Below are positions 28,541 to 42,180 of a stretch of 64,000 bases of DNA, one piece after another. Both the position numbers and the translations under genes were made by a program. The stretch spans positions 1 through 64,000 of the forward strand of contig CAXHJY010000093.1 in the NCBI GenBank assembly GCA_964016885.1. Reading direction: 5' to 3'. This DNA is from Eledone cirrhosa (lineage: Eukaryota). Each line of letters starts with the position of its first letter. Within the stretch, counting starts at the first letter, position 1. The notes under the pieces are model-generated. The model was not told where the DNA came from. It saw nothing but the letters and a program-made list of their open reading frames with translations, and ran no database searches.

Positions 28541-29211
28541 TATATATATATATGTATATGTAGGTCTGTCTCTCTCCCTTATTTATATAATAATCTACTT
28601 CTCTCTTTTAATGGGTCCATATATGTAAATGAGAAGAGGGGGGGGGGAAGAATAAATAAAGGAACTAATGTAACCTCCCCTCTCTTCCTCTCTGTCCACC
28701 TTCCTTCCTTTTAACAACAAACACAACACTGTTTCCTATACCACCACTAATACTACTACTATTACCACTGTTACTACTACTACCAATACCACCAATACTA
28801 CCACCACTAATACTACTACTATCACCACCACTACAATTACTACCACCACTAATGCTACTACTACTACCACCACTACTACTACCACCACTAATACTACCAC
28901 TACCATCACTACTACTACTACTCTCACCATTACTACCACCACTACTGCTATTACTACTATTACTACTACTACTCTCACCATTACTACCACCACCACTACC
29001 ACCACTACTGCTATTACTACTACTACTCTCACCATTACTACCAACACCACTACCACCACTACTACCACCACTACTATTATTGAATACTTATTGCTTTTGG
29101 TTACAGATCAAATAAAGTTCTTTCTGATGTAGGCTTTAGTGAGAGAGTGAGATGGAGGGGGGGGTGTATCTTTTATGGTCTGATGAGCAAAAACTCTGCC
29201 TATTTGTTCCT

Positions 29212-29290
<79 letters not shown>

Positions 29291-30027
29291 TGTTTGTGTG
29301 TATGTTAATTTTTTTTGCTACCATTCCATATTTATTGATGGATGTGTTAGAGAAATAAGCTGGACTTTCAGGCTCCTGCAGACCATAACATTAACTTAAA
29401 CTCCAACAACAACAACACCACCAATAACACCAACACCACCAACAACAACACCAACAACAACAACACCACCAATAACACCAACACCACCAACAACAACACC
29501 AACACCACCACCAACACCACCAACAACAACACCAACACCACCACCAATAACACCACCACCAACAACAACAACAACAACACCAACAACAACACCACCAATA
29601 ACACCAACACCACCACCAACACCACCACCAACACCACCAACAACACCACCAACAACAACACCAACACCACCACCAATAACACCAACAACAACAACAACAC
29701 CAACAATAACACCACCACCACCAACAACAACACCAACACCACCACCAACAACAACACCAACACCAACAACACCACCAATAACACCAACACCACCAACAAC
29801 ACCACCACCAACACCACCAACACCAACACCACCACCAACAATAACAACACCAACACCAACAATATTATCAATAATCTACATTTTATTCACCAGGGCCATT
29901 TTATTATATCTTTGTTTATTTATTTTTCATACTGACATAAGAGGCCAAGCTTTTTACTATGGCATATTGCCATTCCTCTCTGCCATCAACTTCTCTGTGA
30001 GCTCCAATACTGCTTAATCAGACCTCA

Positions 30028-30330
30028 TTATTTACTTCTATGGAGGGCAGTAGAGCATCAGACAACATGCTTTGTGGTGGCATTAAGTTATGGTTATTTA
30101 CTTCTATGGAGGGCAGTAGAGCGTCAGACAACATGCTTTGTGGCATTAAGTTATGGTTATTTACTTCTATGGAGGGCAGTAGAGCGTCAGACAACATGCT
30201 TTGTGGGATTAAGTTATGGCCCTTTAGATTTTGAGTTCAAATCACATTGAGGTTTGTTTGGCCCTTCATCTTTACGGGGGGGGGGGGGGTCGATAAAAAT
30301 ATAGATTTTCCCCTCCCCGAAAATTGTTGA
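30028..30330 (+). mobile_element. SINE family 1 with a 3 x ~63-bp amplified head
   Basis: ttatttacttctatggagggcagtagagcgtcagacaacatgctttgtggcattaagttatgg occurs three times, then GAGTTCAAATC and the core. Confidence 0.75.
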
Positions 30331-30354
30331 CTTTCAGTTGTTATTTCCTTCTAA

Positions 30355-31190
30355 GTATTCTTTGATATACCTCTACCTATATGGTAGTACCTAATATGTA
30401 TCCTTTCATATACCTCTACCTATAGTACCCCATACCATTGGTAGTACCTAATATGTATCCTTTGATATACCTCTACCTATAGTACCCCATACCATTGGTA
30501 GTACCTAATATGTATCCTTTGATATACCTCTACCTATAGTACCCCATACCATTGGTAGTACCTAATATGTATCCTTTGATATACCTCTACCTATAGTACC
30601 CCATATCATTGGCACTACCTAATATGTATCCTTTGATATACCTCTACCTATAGTACCCCATACCATTGGCACTACCTAATATGTATCCTTTGATATACCT
30701 CTACCTATAGTACCCCATATCATTGGCACTACCTAATATGTATCCTTTGATATACCTCTACCTATAGTACCCCATACCATTGGTAGTACCTAATATGTAT
30801 CCTTTCATATACCTCTACCTATAGTACCCCATACCATTGGCAGTACCTAATATGTATCCTTTGATATACCTCTACCTATAGTACCCCATATCATTGGCAG
30901 CACCTAATATGTATCCTTTGATATACCTCTACCTATAGTACCCCATATCATTGGCACTACCTAATATGTATCCTTTGATATACCTCTACCTATAGTACCC
31001 CATATCATTGGCACTACCTAATATGTATCCTTTGATATACCTCTACCTATAGTACCCCATATCATTGGCACTACCTAATATGTATCCTTTGATATACCTC
31101 TACATATAGTACCCCATATCATTGGCACTACCTAATATGTATCCTTTGATATACCTCTACATATAGTACCCCATATCATTGGCAGTACCA
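30355..31190. repeat. 57-bp minisatellite, ~14 copies, ending ~110 bp upstream of the plexin splice acceptor
   Basis: Unit tggtagtacctaatatgtatcctttgatatacctctacctatagtaccccataccat. Confidence 0.95.
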
Positions 31191-31313
31191 AATTTCTTAT
31201 TTTTTACTTTACTTACCAAGAAGTAATATTTATTTGTGTTAAATTGTGTTGCAATTATAACAAATGATCTAATTCCACTTTCTCTTTTTTTTTTCTTTGA
31301 TAGGTCTTATTAG

Positions 31314-32447
31314 ATGAAGGGAGTTGTACATGCCTCTCTTAGGATGTGGCGCAATGTGGCCTTTTTAGTGTTGGTGATGCCACTGCTGTCTGTGAGTGGT
31401 GATTACATTGTAAGCAGTTTCCAAAGCTCTAAAAATGGATCCACCATGAACCATTATGTGGTTAACAAAAATACGGGCAAGATCTATGTTGGTGCTGTCA
31501 ACAGACTCTATCAACTCTCTGCCGACCTGAAGTTGGAGTTTAATGTGTCTACCGGACCGAAAAAGAGCAGTCCGCAGTGTCCACCGCAGAAATATTCCTG
31601 CAAGATAGGACAACTTACCGATACTTACAACAAAGTTCTCGTTGTGAACTATGCATCACAGGAACTGATTGCTTGCTCAACGCAGTTCCATGGTATATGT
31701 GAGAAAAGGCATCTTGCTAACATGTCCATCAACAACGCCAATGAACGACTCTTTAACCCGGTTGTTGCCAACAGCCTGAATGCAACTACTTTTGCTTTTA
31801 TTGCACCCGGACCAAGCCAAGGAAATGGCGTTCAGCCCAATGTACTGTATGTTGGTGCAACAAGAACCACCATTGGATTAAGAATATACCGCGATCTAGT
31901 GCCAGCCTTCTGTATTCGCAATCTTGAAGATTTCGAAATTGCATACAAAAGCCCTGTGGAGCAGAGTTCCAAAAAAGAAATTGAAACCCAACATAGAGAA
32001 ACATTCAAAGTGAACTACATATATGGCTTCAGCTCTGAGAAGTTCAGTTACATGTTGACTGTCCAGAAAGCCAACACCCAAGATGAACGATATGCTTCAA
32101 AGATCTTCCGGGTTTGTCAAAATGATAAAAATTTCTATTCTTACGCAGAACTATCTTTCAAATGTGGAAGTAACAGGATCTATAATTTAGTGCAAGCTGC
32201 TTACCTTGCTAAAGCAGGGAGCACATTGGCACAAAATCTTGGAATCCCTACAACTGAAGATGTGCTTTATGCTGTGTTTTCTCATGGACAGACCAACAAG
32301 GCTCAGCCCCAGCCTCAATCAGCGCTTTGCATTTATCCAATGCGGAAGGTTAGGAAAATATTTACCCAAAACATCCGCCAATGTTTCAAAGGACTAGGAA
32401 ACATTGGTCCTGAACATCTTACAAAGTCTACCTTGTGCCAAAAAACG
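31314..32447 (+). CDS. PlexA: First coding exon of a Plexin-A-like semaphorin receptor (signal peptide plus most of the Sema domain); the gene continues beyond this exon
   Basis: 378 codons of non-repetitive ORF. Hydrophobic leader (MWRNVAFLVLVMPLLSVSG). Plexin Sema motifs GKIYVGAVNRLYQL, NKVLVVNY, LIACSTQFHGIC, VVANSLNATTFAFIAPGP, NYIYGFSSEKFSY, RVCQNDKNFYSYAEL, YNLVQAAYLAKAG, DVLYAVFSHGQ, SALCIYPM. Polypyrimidine tract and TAG acceptor ending at 31303. Donor ACG|GTAAGT at 32447/32448, so the ORF tail to 32489 is intron read-through. The A-class call rests on remembered similarity to insect and vertebrate plexin A. Confidence 0.9.
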
Positions 32448-35356
32448 GTAAGTTATTTGGTTTTTTTTTTTTTTATTTATTTTAAATGAAGAAAAGAAAA
32501 AAAAAGAAAATCTTTATTATTTCTCTACTACAATGATGATGATTTTAGAAATCTAACCAGAAACAGTTTTATATGAGCAAGACACGGTCACCTGACACGA
32601 CTTGTCTCTAATGGGACAACCTGTCTAACCCATGCATAGAAAATGAATGGTAAACAAGTGATATTTCAATACCACCACCAGCTCCATACACCTTTCCATA
32701 CCCACACCATACTACCATCAACAATTTAAAGAAATAACAAAAAATCTCTCACTTTCTCCATATCTCTCTCTCTCTCTCTCTCTCTCACTCTCTCTCTCTC
32801 TCTCTCTCTCGCCATTCCTGTTTACCACCACCACCACCCCTTCTCTCTATCCTTATATTCCAAGATTGTGAATATATTCATCTCCTTCCATACAAAATCT
32901 TATATCCTCCACCCCAAATCAGAGTTGTCCCTTAATTAGTATCAGTTTCGTTTATTTATTTTTCACACACACACACCCCCCCCCATATCCCCAGGAGGTG
33001 TGAGAAAAATCAACAAAAAATCAACTAAAAAGACAAAACTTGTTTTATTGAAAGGTTAGTTGTCAACTGTGTAACAGCAAACATCTCTGTCCATGTCTTA
33101 GGTTCCCACAGTTTTACTGTTGCTGCTACTACTACTATTAACTTTATATTCACCCTTGCATGACCATAGTTCTAATGAAATACATTCTAACCTCAGTATC
33201 TCTCTAGTGTTTAGACTGTCGCGAATAAAACCACTGAAACTGAAATTGCAATATGGTGAGGAAAAGAAAGAAAGAACTTCAGTAGCTCTCTAGTACTTAT
33301 TGTAGGTAACTTCACTACCTCTCTAGTACTTATAGTAGTTAACCTCAGTAGCTCTCTAGTACTTATTGTAGATAACCTCAGTAGCTCTCTAGTACTTATT
33401 GTAGTTAACCTAATTTCTACATAAGTAACTGAAGCTATTTCTCCACAATAAGTCATTGTAAAACTAATGTTAAGGTCAGAGTGACCTCAAAATTTATTTT
33501 ACACTGACTTATTCATGTTAGCATGGGTTGGATAGGACTTTGGGCTTTAGAATTCTGCAGGGGGACATCGTTCCTGGTGACAACCACTTTACAGCATCTA
33601 CTGGATAACTTGTAGATAACTGGGGAGGTTGTCATATCCCTGACACAGCTAAAGGGTTCTTTTGGATGTTGTCTCCTGCACTGCTGTCTCTACTATTAGT
33701 CTTTGTGTGGTCAGCTCAACACATTAGTGGTTCTTTCCTCATTAAGCACAGGCTGAAAATTAGTTGAAAAATGGTGTGAATGACGTATTTAATTACAGTA
33801 TGTAAGAGATACTGGTGATATTGCTGACTTTATAAGTTTGGCACAAGGCCACATATTTATAGGAAATGAGATTGACATTGATTCCAGTATATTACTGGTA
33901 GTTACGCCATAGATTTCAATAGTGTGTGGGGCGGGCGGGGTATTGTTAACTCTCTGATCTTATTTAACTCTCAGCAGAATATTTGGGATTTTAGGCTGAT
34001 GCTTCATCTTTTTTTTGTTTTTTGTTGATTTTTTTGCTATCATAGCCATTTTAGTAGACAGCCATACTGCCACAAATCTGTGGAACGCACTCTCACTCTC
34101 ATTCTCACTCTCTCAAATACTCTCCTCTCTCTCTCATTCTCTCACCTACTCTCCTCTCTCTCTCATTCTCTCACCATCTTCCCTCTCTCCCTCTCTCTCA
34201 CTCTCTCTCTTCTTCCTCTCTCTCTCTCTCACTCCTCTCACCGTCTTCTCTCTCTCTCTCACACACATCATAAGAATGTACAGCCCAGTTCAGTTCAGCC
34301 AACATATATTATCTCTCCCTATCATTCCCCACTTTTTCCCCTCCTCACAAACTCGACTCCTTCTTTCTCTATCTTATTAACTGAAAAAGATTGAGAGCAA
34401 GCTCTGAATTAAAGCAGCCTGACCTCCCCGCCACCCTGTACACACACACCCAGCACACACACATACACTCACACCCAGCTCACACATACACTCACACCCA
34501 GCTCACACCCAGCACACACACATATACACAGCTCACCCAACACACACACAGCACACTCACACATATACATACACAAACACAGCACACACACACATACAAA
34601 AACACACACACACACACATCTCTTCTCAATTCTATTCCCCTCCTGTTCCCAAGCCCACAGTGTCAATAAGATAGGTTTTTAAGATGAGATGTGATTGAAG
34701 TGAACAAGGAGGACAAAAATGTTGGCCGGGAGGTGGGAAGAGTGTCAGTCCAGCCCCTGAGGGTTATTGAATAAGGCATTTACTGTTCCCTTAAAACTCC
34801 CACAGGACATGTCTAAATAGGGAAACTATGGGCAAGAAGGGAGAAAGAGAGAAGGAGTAGGGACTTAGGGTGATAATGTTTTGTTTTGGAGGTGGAGGGG
34901 GGGGGGGGCAGTATGTAAAATAAAATAACAACAACAATAAAAAAAAGGTAGTTATGACTTAATAAAGGGCATCTCTGCATAACATATACTGATATGGGAG
35001 CAGATCTCTGCAGTGTTGTACTGGAATGGAGAGAGAAAGAGAGAGACTGTGTGAGTGTGTTGCTGGAAATCACAATTGCTGGCTTTATTCTCCAGTAATT
35101 TCATTATTGCATGAAAGATTCTCTGTTATTTGGCGATTGGCCATTTCCATTAAACTAGGTCGGCACTTTGTAACTTTGTTTTTGCTTAGAAAGGATTTTT
35201 TTCTTGTATTTTTTTTTTGTTCATTTGTGTGTGTGGATGTATGAGTGTATGTGTGTGTGTGTAGACGTATGAGTGTGTGTGTGTGTGTATGTGTTTCTGA
35301 ATATTACGACAACTAAGCAACTTTTGATGAAGATAATGTTCTCATTACCATTATAA

Positions 35357-35950
35357 TGGTAGAGAAGTGGCAAAAGTGGTTGGTAGAGACAGCTCTGAGT
35401 TAAATATTTTGGTAGAGACAGCTCTGAGCTAAATATTTTGGTAGAGACAGCTCTGAGCTAAATAATTTGGTAGAGACAGCGCTGAGCTAAATATTTTGGT
35501 AGAGACAGCTCTGAGCTAAATATTTTGGTAGAGACGGCTCTGAGCTAAATATTTTGGTAGAGACAGCTCTGAGCTAAATATTTTGGTAGAGACAGCTCTG
35601 AGCTAAATATTTTGGTAGAGACAGCTCTGAGCTAAATAATTTGGTAGAGACAGCTCTGAGCTAAATATTTTGGTAGAGACAGCTCTGAGCTAAATATTTT
35701 GGTAGAGACAGCTCTGAGCTAAATAATTTGGTAGAGACAGCTCTGAGCTAAATAATTTGGTAGAGACAGCTCTGAGCTAAATATTTTGGTAGAGACAGCT
35801 CTGAGCTAAATATTTTGGTAGAGACAGCTCTGAGCTAAATATTTTGCAGTATTTAGTTATGCTCTGTTTACATTCTAAGTTCAAATCTCAAATAGAGATT
35901 TACTTTGCTTTTTACTCCCCCAGGGGAAGGAGTTTGATAAAATGAGAACA
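35357..35950 (+). mobile_element. Diverged SINE family 1 containing a ~16 x 29-bp minisatellite (35381-35846) between the A and B boxes
   Basis: Unit tggtagagacagctctgagctaaatattt. It is preceded by gtggcaaaagtggt and followed by taagttcaaatc...actttgctttt...gataaaat. Confidence 0.65.
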
Positions 35951-37054
35951 AGTCATTGACTTAGAAACTTTCTTGTGTTTTTAGAAGGAATTCCTTAGCC
36001 TTGTGTGTCTTTGGCAGGCTTACTATGTGTACGTGTGGGAATGTGTATCTATGTGTGTGTGTGAATGTGTATGTATGTATGTGAATGTGTACGTATGTGC
36101 GTGTATGTCGCCACTGCCTCCTTCTCTCTAGCTCTCTCCATCTCTCACTATTATAAGCAAACGGGCCACTCGCCACCCCCATGCGCTTCACTGGCTGCCC
36201 CACAGCCCCAGCGGAAGGAACAGAGAAGGTAACCCCCCCCCCCTCCCGGTAGTATCGTGAGGGAGACATGTTGAGACTTGTGTTGGATTCATTTGGCTAT
36301 ACCCCCCCCCCCCCCCACCACCACCACCAATTCTCCTCCCCTATGATATATGATTTATTACCAGTGTGAGATTATAAAGGCAGTGGTAATGGAATGCCAT
36401 TAGACATTAGATTCCACTGAAATTAACTAGATTTATTATTATTATACTTAAGGGTTGATGATATAAGTACCAGTAATTTGCTTATGTTTATTTAATTGAG
36501 TCTATGTTTGCTTAACAAATTTATAACTTTGTAACTACGTAAAAAAAACAAAATCAAATCCAATTATTGTCTGCAGTGTTGCTGAAAACTGTTCTTTTGG
36601 ATGATTTACTCTTCCCCACCACATTGTTTTTAATTATTACAGCTTCTTTGAAAGCTTCCTTTGTGGTTAGACTTCATAGAACAAGAAACTAATATTTCAT
36701 ATTTATCTTCTGTCAGTGAAGAAGACATTCCAAGGAATATCAACTCTTTTAACTATCCACAATTCCACTTTTCTCCACTTTTCCATGTGGGTAGCAGTGG
36801 GAGGAATAGGCGGTGAATTAGCAGAGCTGTAATGGCTCTTCCAATACTATTGCCCTCCTCTGGGGAAACACCTTCTCTGTTGTGTCTGCCGGGGATGCAG
36901 AGCTCCCAGCGTGTAGGCTCCCATTGGTTTATAATGGATAGAATGATTTTTGGTAGTAGTTCCAGTTTTCTATGCTCTGAGTTCAAATCCTGCCAAGGTC
37001 AACTTTGCCTTTCTTCCTTTCAAGGTTGATATAAAATAAAGAATCAGTACTCCT

Positions 37055-37516
37055 CATTTCAGCGAGGACCACCTCCCTACTCACCACCATTGGCACGGAG
37101 TTGGCTCCCCGCAGGTGTCTCAGTTTAGCAAGGACCACCTCCCTACTCACCACCATTGGCACGGAGTTGGCTCCCCGCAGGTGTCTCAGTTTAGCAAGGA
37201 CCACCTCCCTACTCACCACCATTGGCACGGAGTTGGCTCCCCGCAGGTGTCTCAGTTTAGCAAGGACCACCTCCCTACTCACCACCATTGGCACGGAGTT
37301 GGCTACCCGCAGGTGTCTCAGTTTAGCAAGGACCACCTCCCTACTCACCACCATTGGCACGGAGTTGGCTACCCGCAGGTGTCTCAGTTTAGCAAGGACC
37401 ACCTCCCTACTCACCACCATTGGCACGGAGTTGGCTACCCGCAGGTGTCTCAGTTTAGCAAGGACCACCTCCCTACTCACCACCATTGGCACGGAGTTGG
37501 CTCCCCGCAGGTGTCA
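37055..37516. repeat. 66-bp GC-rich minisatellite, 7 copies
   Basis: AGGACCACC recurs every 66 bp from 37065 to 37461. Confidence 0.95.
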
Positions 37517-37942
37517 GCCTCGTGAGCTGTAATGGCTCTTCCAACGCGTCTCCCTCATCATCCTCTGGGGAAACATCTTCTCTGTTCTGTCCGTCAGGGC
37601 TGTTGGGTGGCCAGCGCATGGGCCCCCATTTGCACCTAGAGAGAGAGATGGAGGGAGAGAGAGAGAGAGAGATGGAGGGAGAGAGAGATGGAGGCAGTGA
37701 GTGGAAGAGCAAGAACATCAATACAGACACACTTGAGAAGACGATATGTTATATGCAATATATTTACATTCAACAAAATACTCTGTGAACCTTTTGTGTC
37801 CCTGTATTATTGTGTATTTATCTAAAAGTAGTTTTTTCCAAGAATCCCTATCCTTTAAAATCCCTTGGCCAATCACCTCCACCCATCCCCCAAAATATGT
37901 ATCTCCAATCTTGGTCCTTTTTTTTTGTTTGTTTTCCTTTAA

Positions 37943-38624
37943 CCCTTTAGCATTTACATTACTCTACATATACTATTGTATTTTCACAGTAAAGGCTTTA
38001 CCTCATAACATTTACATTACTCTACATATACTACTGTATTTTCATGGTAAACACTTTACCTCATAACATTTACATTACTCTACATATACTACTGTATTTT
38101 CACAGTAACGGCTTTACCTCATAACATTTACATTACTCTACATATACTACTGTATTTTCACAGTAAAGGCTTTACCTCATAACATTTACATTACTCTACA
38201 TATACTACTGTATTTTCACAGTAACGGCTTTACCTCATAACATTTACATTACTCTACATATACTACTGTATTTTCACAGTAACGGCTTTACCTCATAACA
38301 TTTACATTACTCTACATATACTACTGTATTTTCACAGTAAAGGCTTTACCTCATAACATTTACATTACTCTATATATACTACTGTATTTTCATGGTAAAG
38401 GCTTTACCTCATAACATTTACATTACTCTATATATACTACTGTATTTTCATGGTAAACACTTGACCTCATATAATTATTTCACATATAGAATCTATGAGA
38501 TTTTGATGTTATTTATTTTGAGAACAATACCTTAACATCAGTATGAGCAGCCAATTATGGCCAGTTTGAACAGAAAGAGGTGAGAGAATTCTGGCCAAAT
38601 ACGTCCTGTTTGAATGCTAAAGGT
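37943..38624 (+). mobile_element. piggyBac-type MITE family A with an internal 9 x 58-bp tandem expansion
   Basis: TTAA flanks. The unit catttacattactct...acctcataa repeats from 37951 to ~38472. Confidence 0.85.
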
Positions 38625-38908
38625 TTAATACCAGGCTCAAGTAAGACCCCTACTGAAGTATTACTCACCTATATATAGGGTAGTTATGTTGTAATACACA
38701 CTAACATACTAAACTGTATTTAAAAGCAGGTCGGTCAGTCGCCCTCCCACTACAACCCCCCCCCCCCCTAATTCACATGTATTTTTTTTTTATCTCTCTT
38801 CCTCTCTTCTTTTATTACTAACTACAACAGTTATTCCTGCTGCTTCGTTTTCTTTTTCTTTTTCTTCATCTAAATATTGTTTTTCCTTTCATTGTAAATA
38901 TTATTGTG

Positions 38909-38960
<52 letters not shown>

Positions 38961-38984
38961 GTAATAAACGAAAGATATATACTT

Positions 38985-39062
38985 TATTTCGTTATATATA
39001 TTCCGAAGATGTAAAGTTTTATGTATAACATAAAATAAAACATGTCCTCCTCAGACAAAATA
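38985..39062 (-). ncRNA. Minimal hammerhead ribozyme, family 4, with a core substitution (GGAA for GAAA)
   Basis: Minus strand reads tattttgt-CTGAGGA-ggacatgt...acatcttc-GGAA-tatata-TA-acgaaata. It lies in a ~180-bp island between (TA)n tracts (38958-39137). Confidence 0.65.
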
Positions 39063-39133
39063 TTATAGAAAATGTATGATTTTTTTCCTGATATGCTGGT
39101 AGAGAGATGAACCGAGCAGATCAGTGACCACCA

Positions 39134-39177
<44 letters not shown>

Positions 39178-39278
39178 AGTGGAAGTTTAGTAAAATCGGA
39201 GTTTTGGCTGTGTCCAAGCTAACGATATACATTTAGGAATGAACAGCAAAGCACTCAATAAGGTTGCAGGCCTTAGAG

Positions 39279-39470
39279 TAATAACTGTTTCTACTTTTGG
39301 CACAAGGCCAACAATTACCCCAGTGTATTACTGGTACTTTATTTTATCGACCCCGTAAGGATGAAAGGCAAAGTTAACCTCGGCGGGATTTGAACTCAGA
39401 CCGTAAAGGGACGTAACTCTATGCTGGAAAGCATGGCGTCCGACTCTCTACTGATACTGCCAATCCACCA
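39279..39470 (-). mobile_element. SINE family 1, full length
   Basis: Near-identical reverse complement of 45412-45600. Confidence 0.9.
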
Positions 39471-39564
39471 CCCAGGAATAACATAGGTTAGATAGGTTGA
39501 CAAATTGAGGTAAACTAAGCCACATAATACCAAATCAACGAAAAAACTAATCAGGTTATATATA

Positions 39565-39735
39565 GTCTGTCTGTCCCGGCTCAGAGGGGGGGAGTTGTCC
39601 AGGAGGACAGTGGGGGAAATGGACCTCAACAGCCAACTCTGTTCTGACAACAGTGAAGGTTTTAAGCAGTTGAGGTCCATCTCCCTCACTGTCCTCCTGG
39701 ACAACCCCCCCTCCTCTGAGCTGGGACAGACTGAC
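39565..39735. repeat. GC-rich imperfect inverted repeat (~66-bp arms, ~38-bp spacer); MITE- or foldback-like
   Basis: gtctgtcccggctcagagg...gttgtccaggaggacagtg...atggacctcaac pairs with gttgaggtccat...cactgtcctcctggacaac...cctctgagctgggacagac. Confidence 0.85.
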
Positions 39736-39816
39736 CCTTAAGTTTCATTTATAGTTGGTAGCAGTGTGCATTTGATTTACATCCATAAGCACTCACACAC
39801 ACATACATACATACAG

Positions 39817-39847
<31 letters not shown>

Positions 39848-41903
39848 TACGCACATACATACACAAACACAAGCACACATACCTATACACAGACATACAT
39901 ACACACACACACACACATACATACATACATACATACATACACACACACACATACACACATACATACATACATACATAAAAAGTTAACAGTTAACCCTGAA
40001 AAGGAGTTAACTTGTCCTCCAAGGTACACAGTTGCTGCACCTGTCTCTGACCCTCACCTCAACCCTACACCACCACCACCACCCTTATATACTGCTTCTC
40101 ACCTATAATCCTCTATCCTATCCCCCTCTTTCTCTCTCTTTTGACAAGTTCAATATAAATTAAATCCCCCCCCCCCCCCCCCCCACCAAAGCAACAGCAA
40201 CAAGACAAGCTACCTAATTTCTCCTCCCACCCACCCCTCACCAGTCTAGTTAAGCTCTTCTATACTTGGAGGTGAAATCAGTACACTACATACATGTAAA
40301 CATTAGATGGATTCCTCACTGAAATTTTCTTGGCTCATTCCTTATATCTTTTCTTCTCTTTCTTCTTCTTCTCTTTCTTTGTTGCTTCCATTTTGGATAT
40401 TTGGCACTCCTGGCTAATAAAATAACCTTAGACAGTTGGAAAGATGGTGTGGGGTGGTGGTGGTGGTGGTGGTGGTGGTGGTGGTAGTAATTATAATGAT
40501 GATGGTGATACTTGTGGTGGTGGTGGTGGGTGGTGATGATGGTGGTGGTGGTGGTAGTAATTATAATGATGATGGTGATACTTGTGGTGGTGGTGGTGGG
40601 TGGTGATGATGATGGTGGTGGTGGTAGTAATTATAATGATGATGGTGATACTTGTGGTGGTGGTGGTGGTAGTGATGATGATGGTGTTGGCAGTGGTGGT
40701 GGTTATGATGGTGGTGGTGGTGTTGGGTGCTGGCTGGGGGTAATGGTGGTAGTAGTAGTGGTAGTAGTAGTAGTAGTGGTAGTAGTAGTAGTGGTAGTAG
40801 TAGTAGCAGTGAGGACTTTTGCCAAAATTGCAGATAGACTACTTTCGAATTCCCAACTTGTAGGTCAACTTAGAGCAAAGTCAGACAGAGGAAAGGGGTC
40901 TCCTAGGTCAATGGTGGTGGTGGTGGTGGTAGTGGTGGTGATGGTGGTGGTGGTGCTGGTGGTGGTGGTAGTGGTGATGGTGGTAGTGGTGGTGGTGGTG
41001 GTGGTGGTGGGGTTGTTGGTGTCGTTAGTAGTGATGGTGGTGGTGTAGTGTGTGGTGGTAATGACTGGCGGTTGTAGTGGTGGTGTGCTGGCGGAGGTGG
41101 GTAGGAGTAGCCTGAGGTCATCTGAAGGAGAATAAATAAATAAATAAATAATGAAGGAGGGAAGAAATAAAATAAATTTAGAAAGAAACAAAACAGGAGC
41201 CAACCATATTTTTATATTTGATTCCATACTACAGATATAGCTGCTCTTTCACTTAGTTATACCACACGTGTGTAATGTAGACATACTGTGTCTGTATGTA
41301 TATATGCATGTGTGTATGTGTGTGTATATATACATATATATATATAGAGACAGAGAGAAAGAAAGTCGTGTCATATTTATAATGCACAAGCATAGACATA
41401 CACAGTGTGCATATATATATATACATGTGTGTGTGATTTTATAATATATATGTGTGTGTGTATATATATATGTGTGTGTGTGTGTAAGTATATATATATA
41501 TATATACTTCCATTTTTCACTATATATATATGTATATATGTGTGTATATATATATATTAACCGCATGCTCACATTCTCATTTAAACATACATACACTCAT
41601 ACACTCTACCATTTACACCTGTGTTTGCACACATAAATACACACACATAAATACACATAAATACACACACATAAATACACACACTTAAATACACACACTT
41701 AAATACACACACATAAATACACTCTTGTATACTATAAATATGCCTCTCACAGTTTACTGCACTCTGAAGCATGCCCCCCCCCCCCCCGTTTGGTTGTCTG
41801 TACATGCAAAGGCTCAGCCACACACACACACACACATGCATGTCTATATATAGACATACACACACAATCTACACTATATCTGCTACTTCTACTGCCAACC
41901 TAT

Positions 41904-41957
<54 letters not shown>

Positions 41958-42011
41958 TCATCCACACATATATATACACACAATCTACACTATATCCTCT
42001 ACTACTGCCAA

Positions 42012-42087
<76 letters not shown>

Positions 42088-42136
42088 ATATATATATACA
42101 CACACACACAATCTCCACTGTATCCTCTACTACTGC

Positions 42137-42180
<44 letters not shown>

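Noticed and set aside
32448-32489. C-terminal VSYLVFFFFIYFK of the 391-aa ORF as a secreted or membrane-anchored short plexin
   Set aside because: It begins at a consensus GTAAGT donor followed by poly-T; most simply intron read-through.
36983-37532. Repeat-protein-like ORFs open on both strands
   Set aside because: The 66-bp unit is a multiple of 3 and lacks stops by chance; the ORF ends run into SINE sequence.
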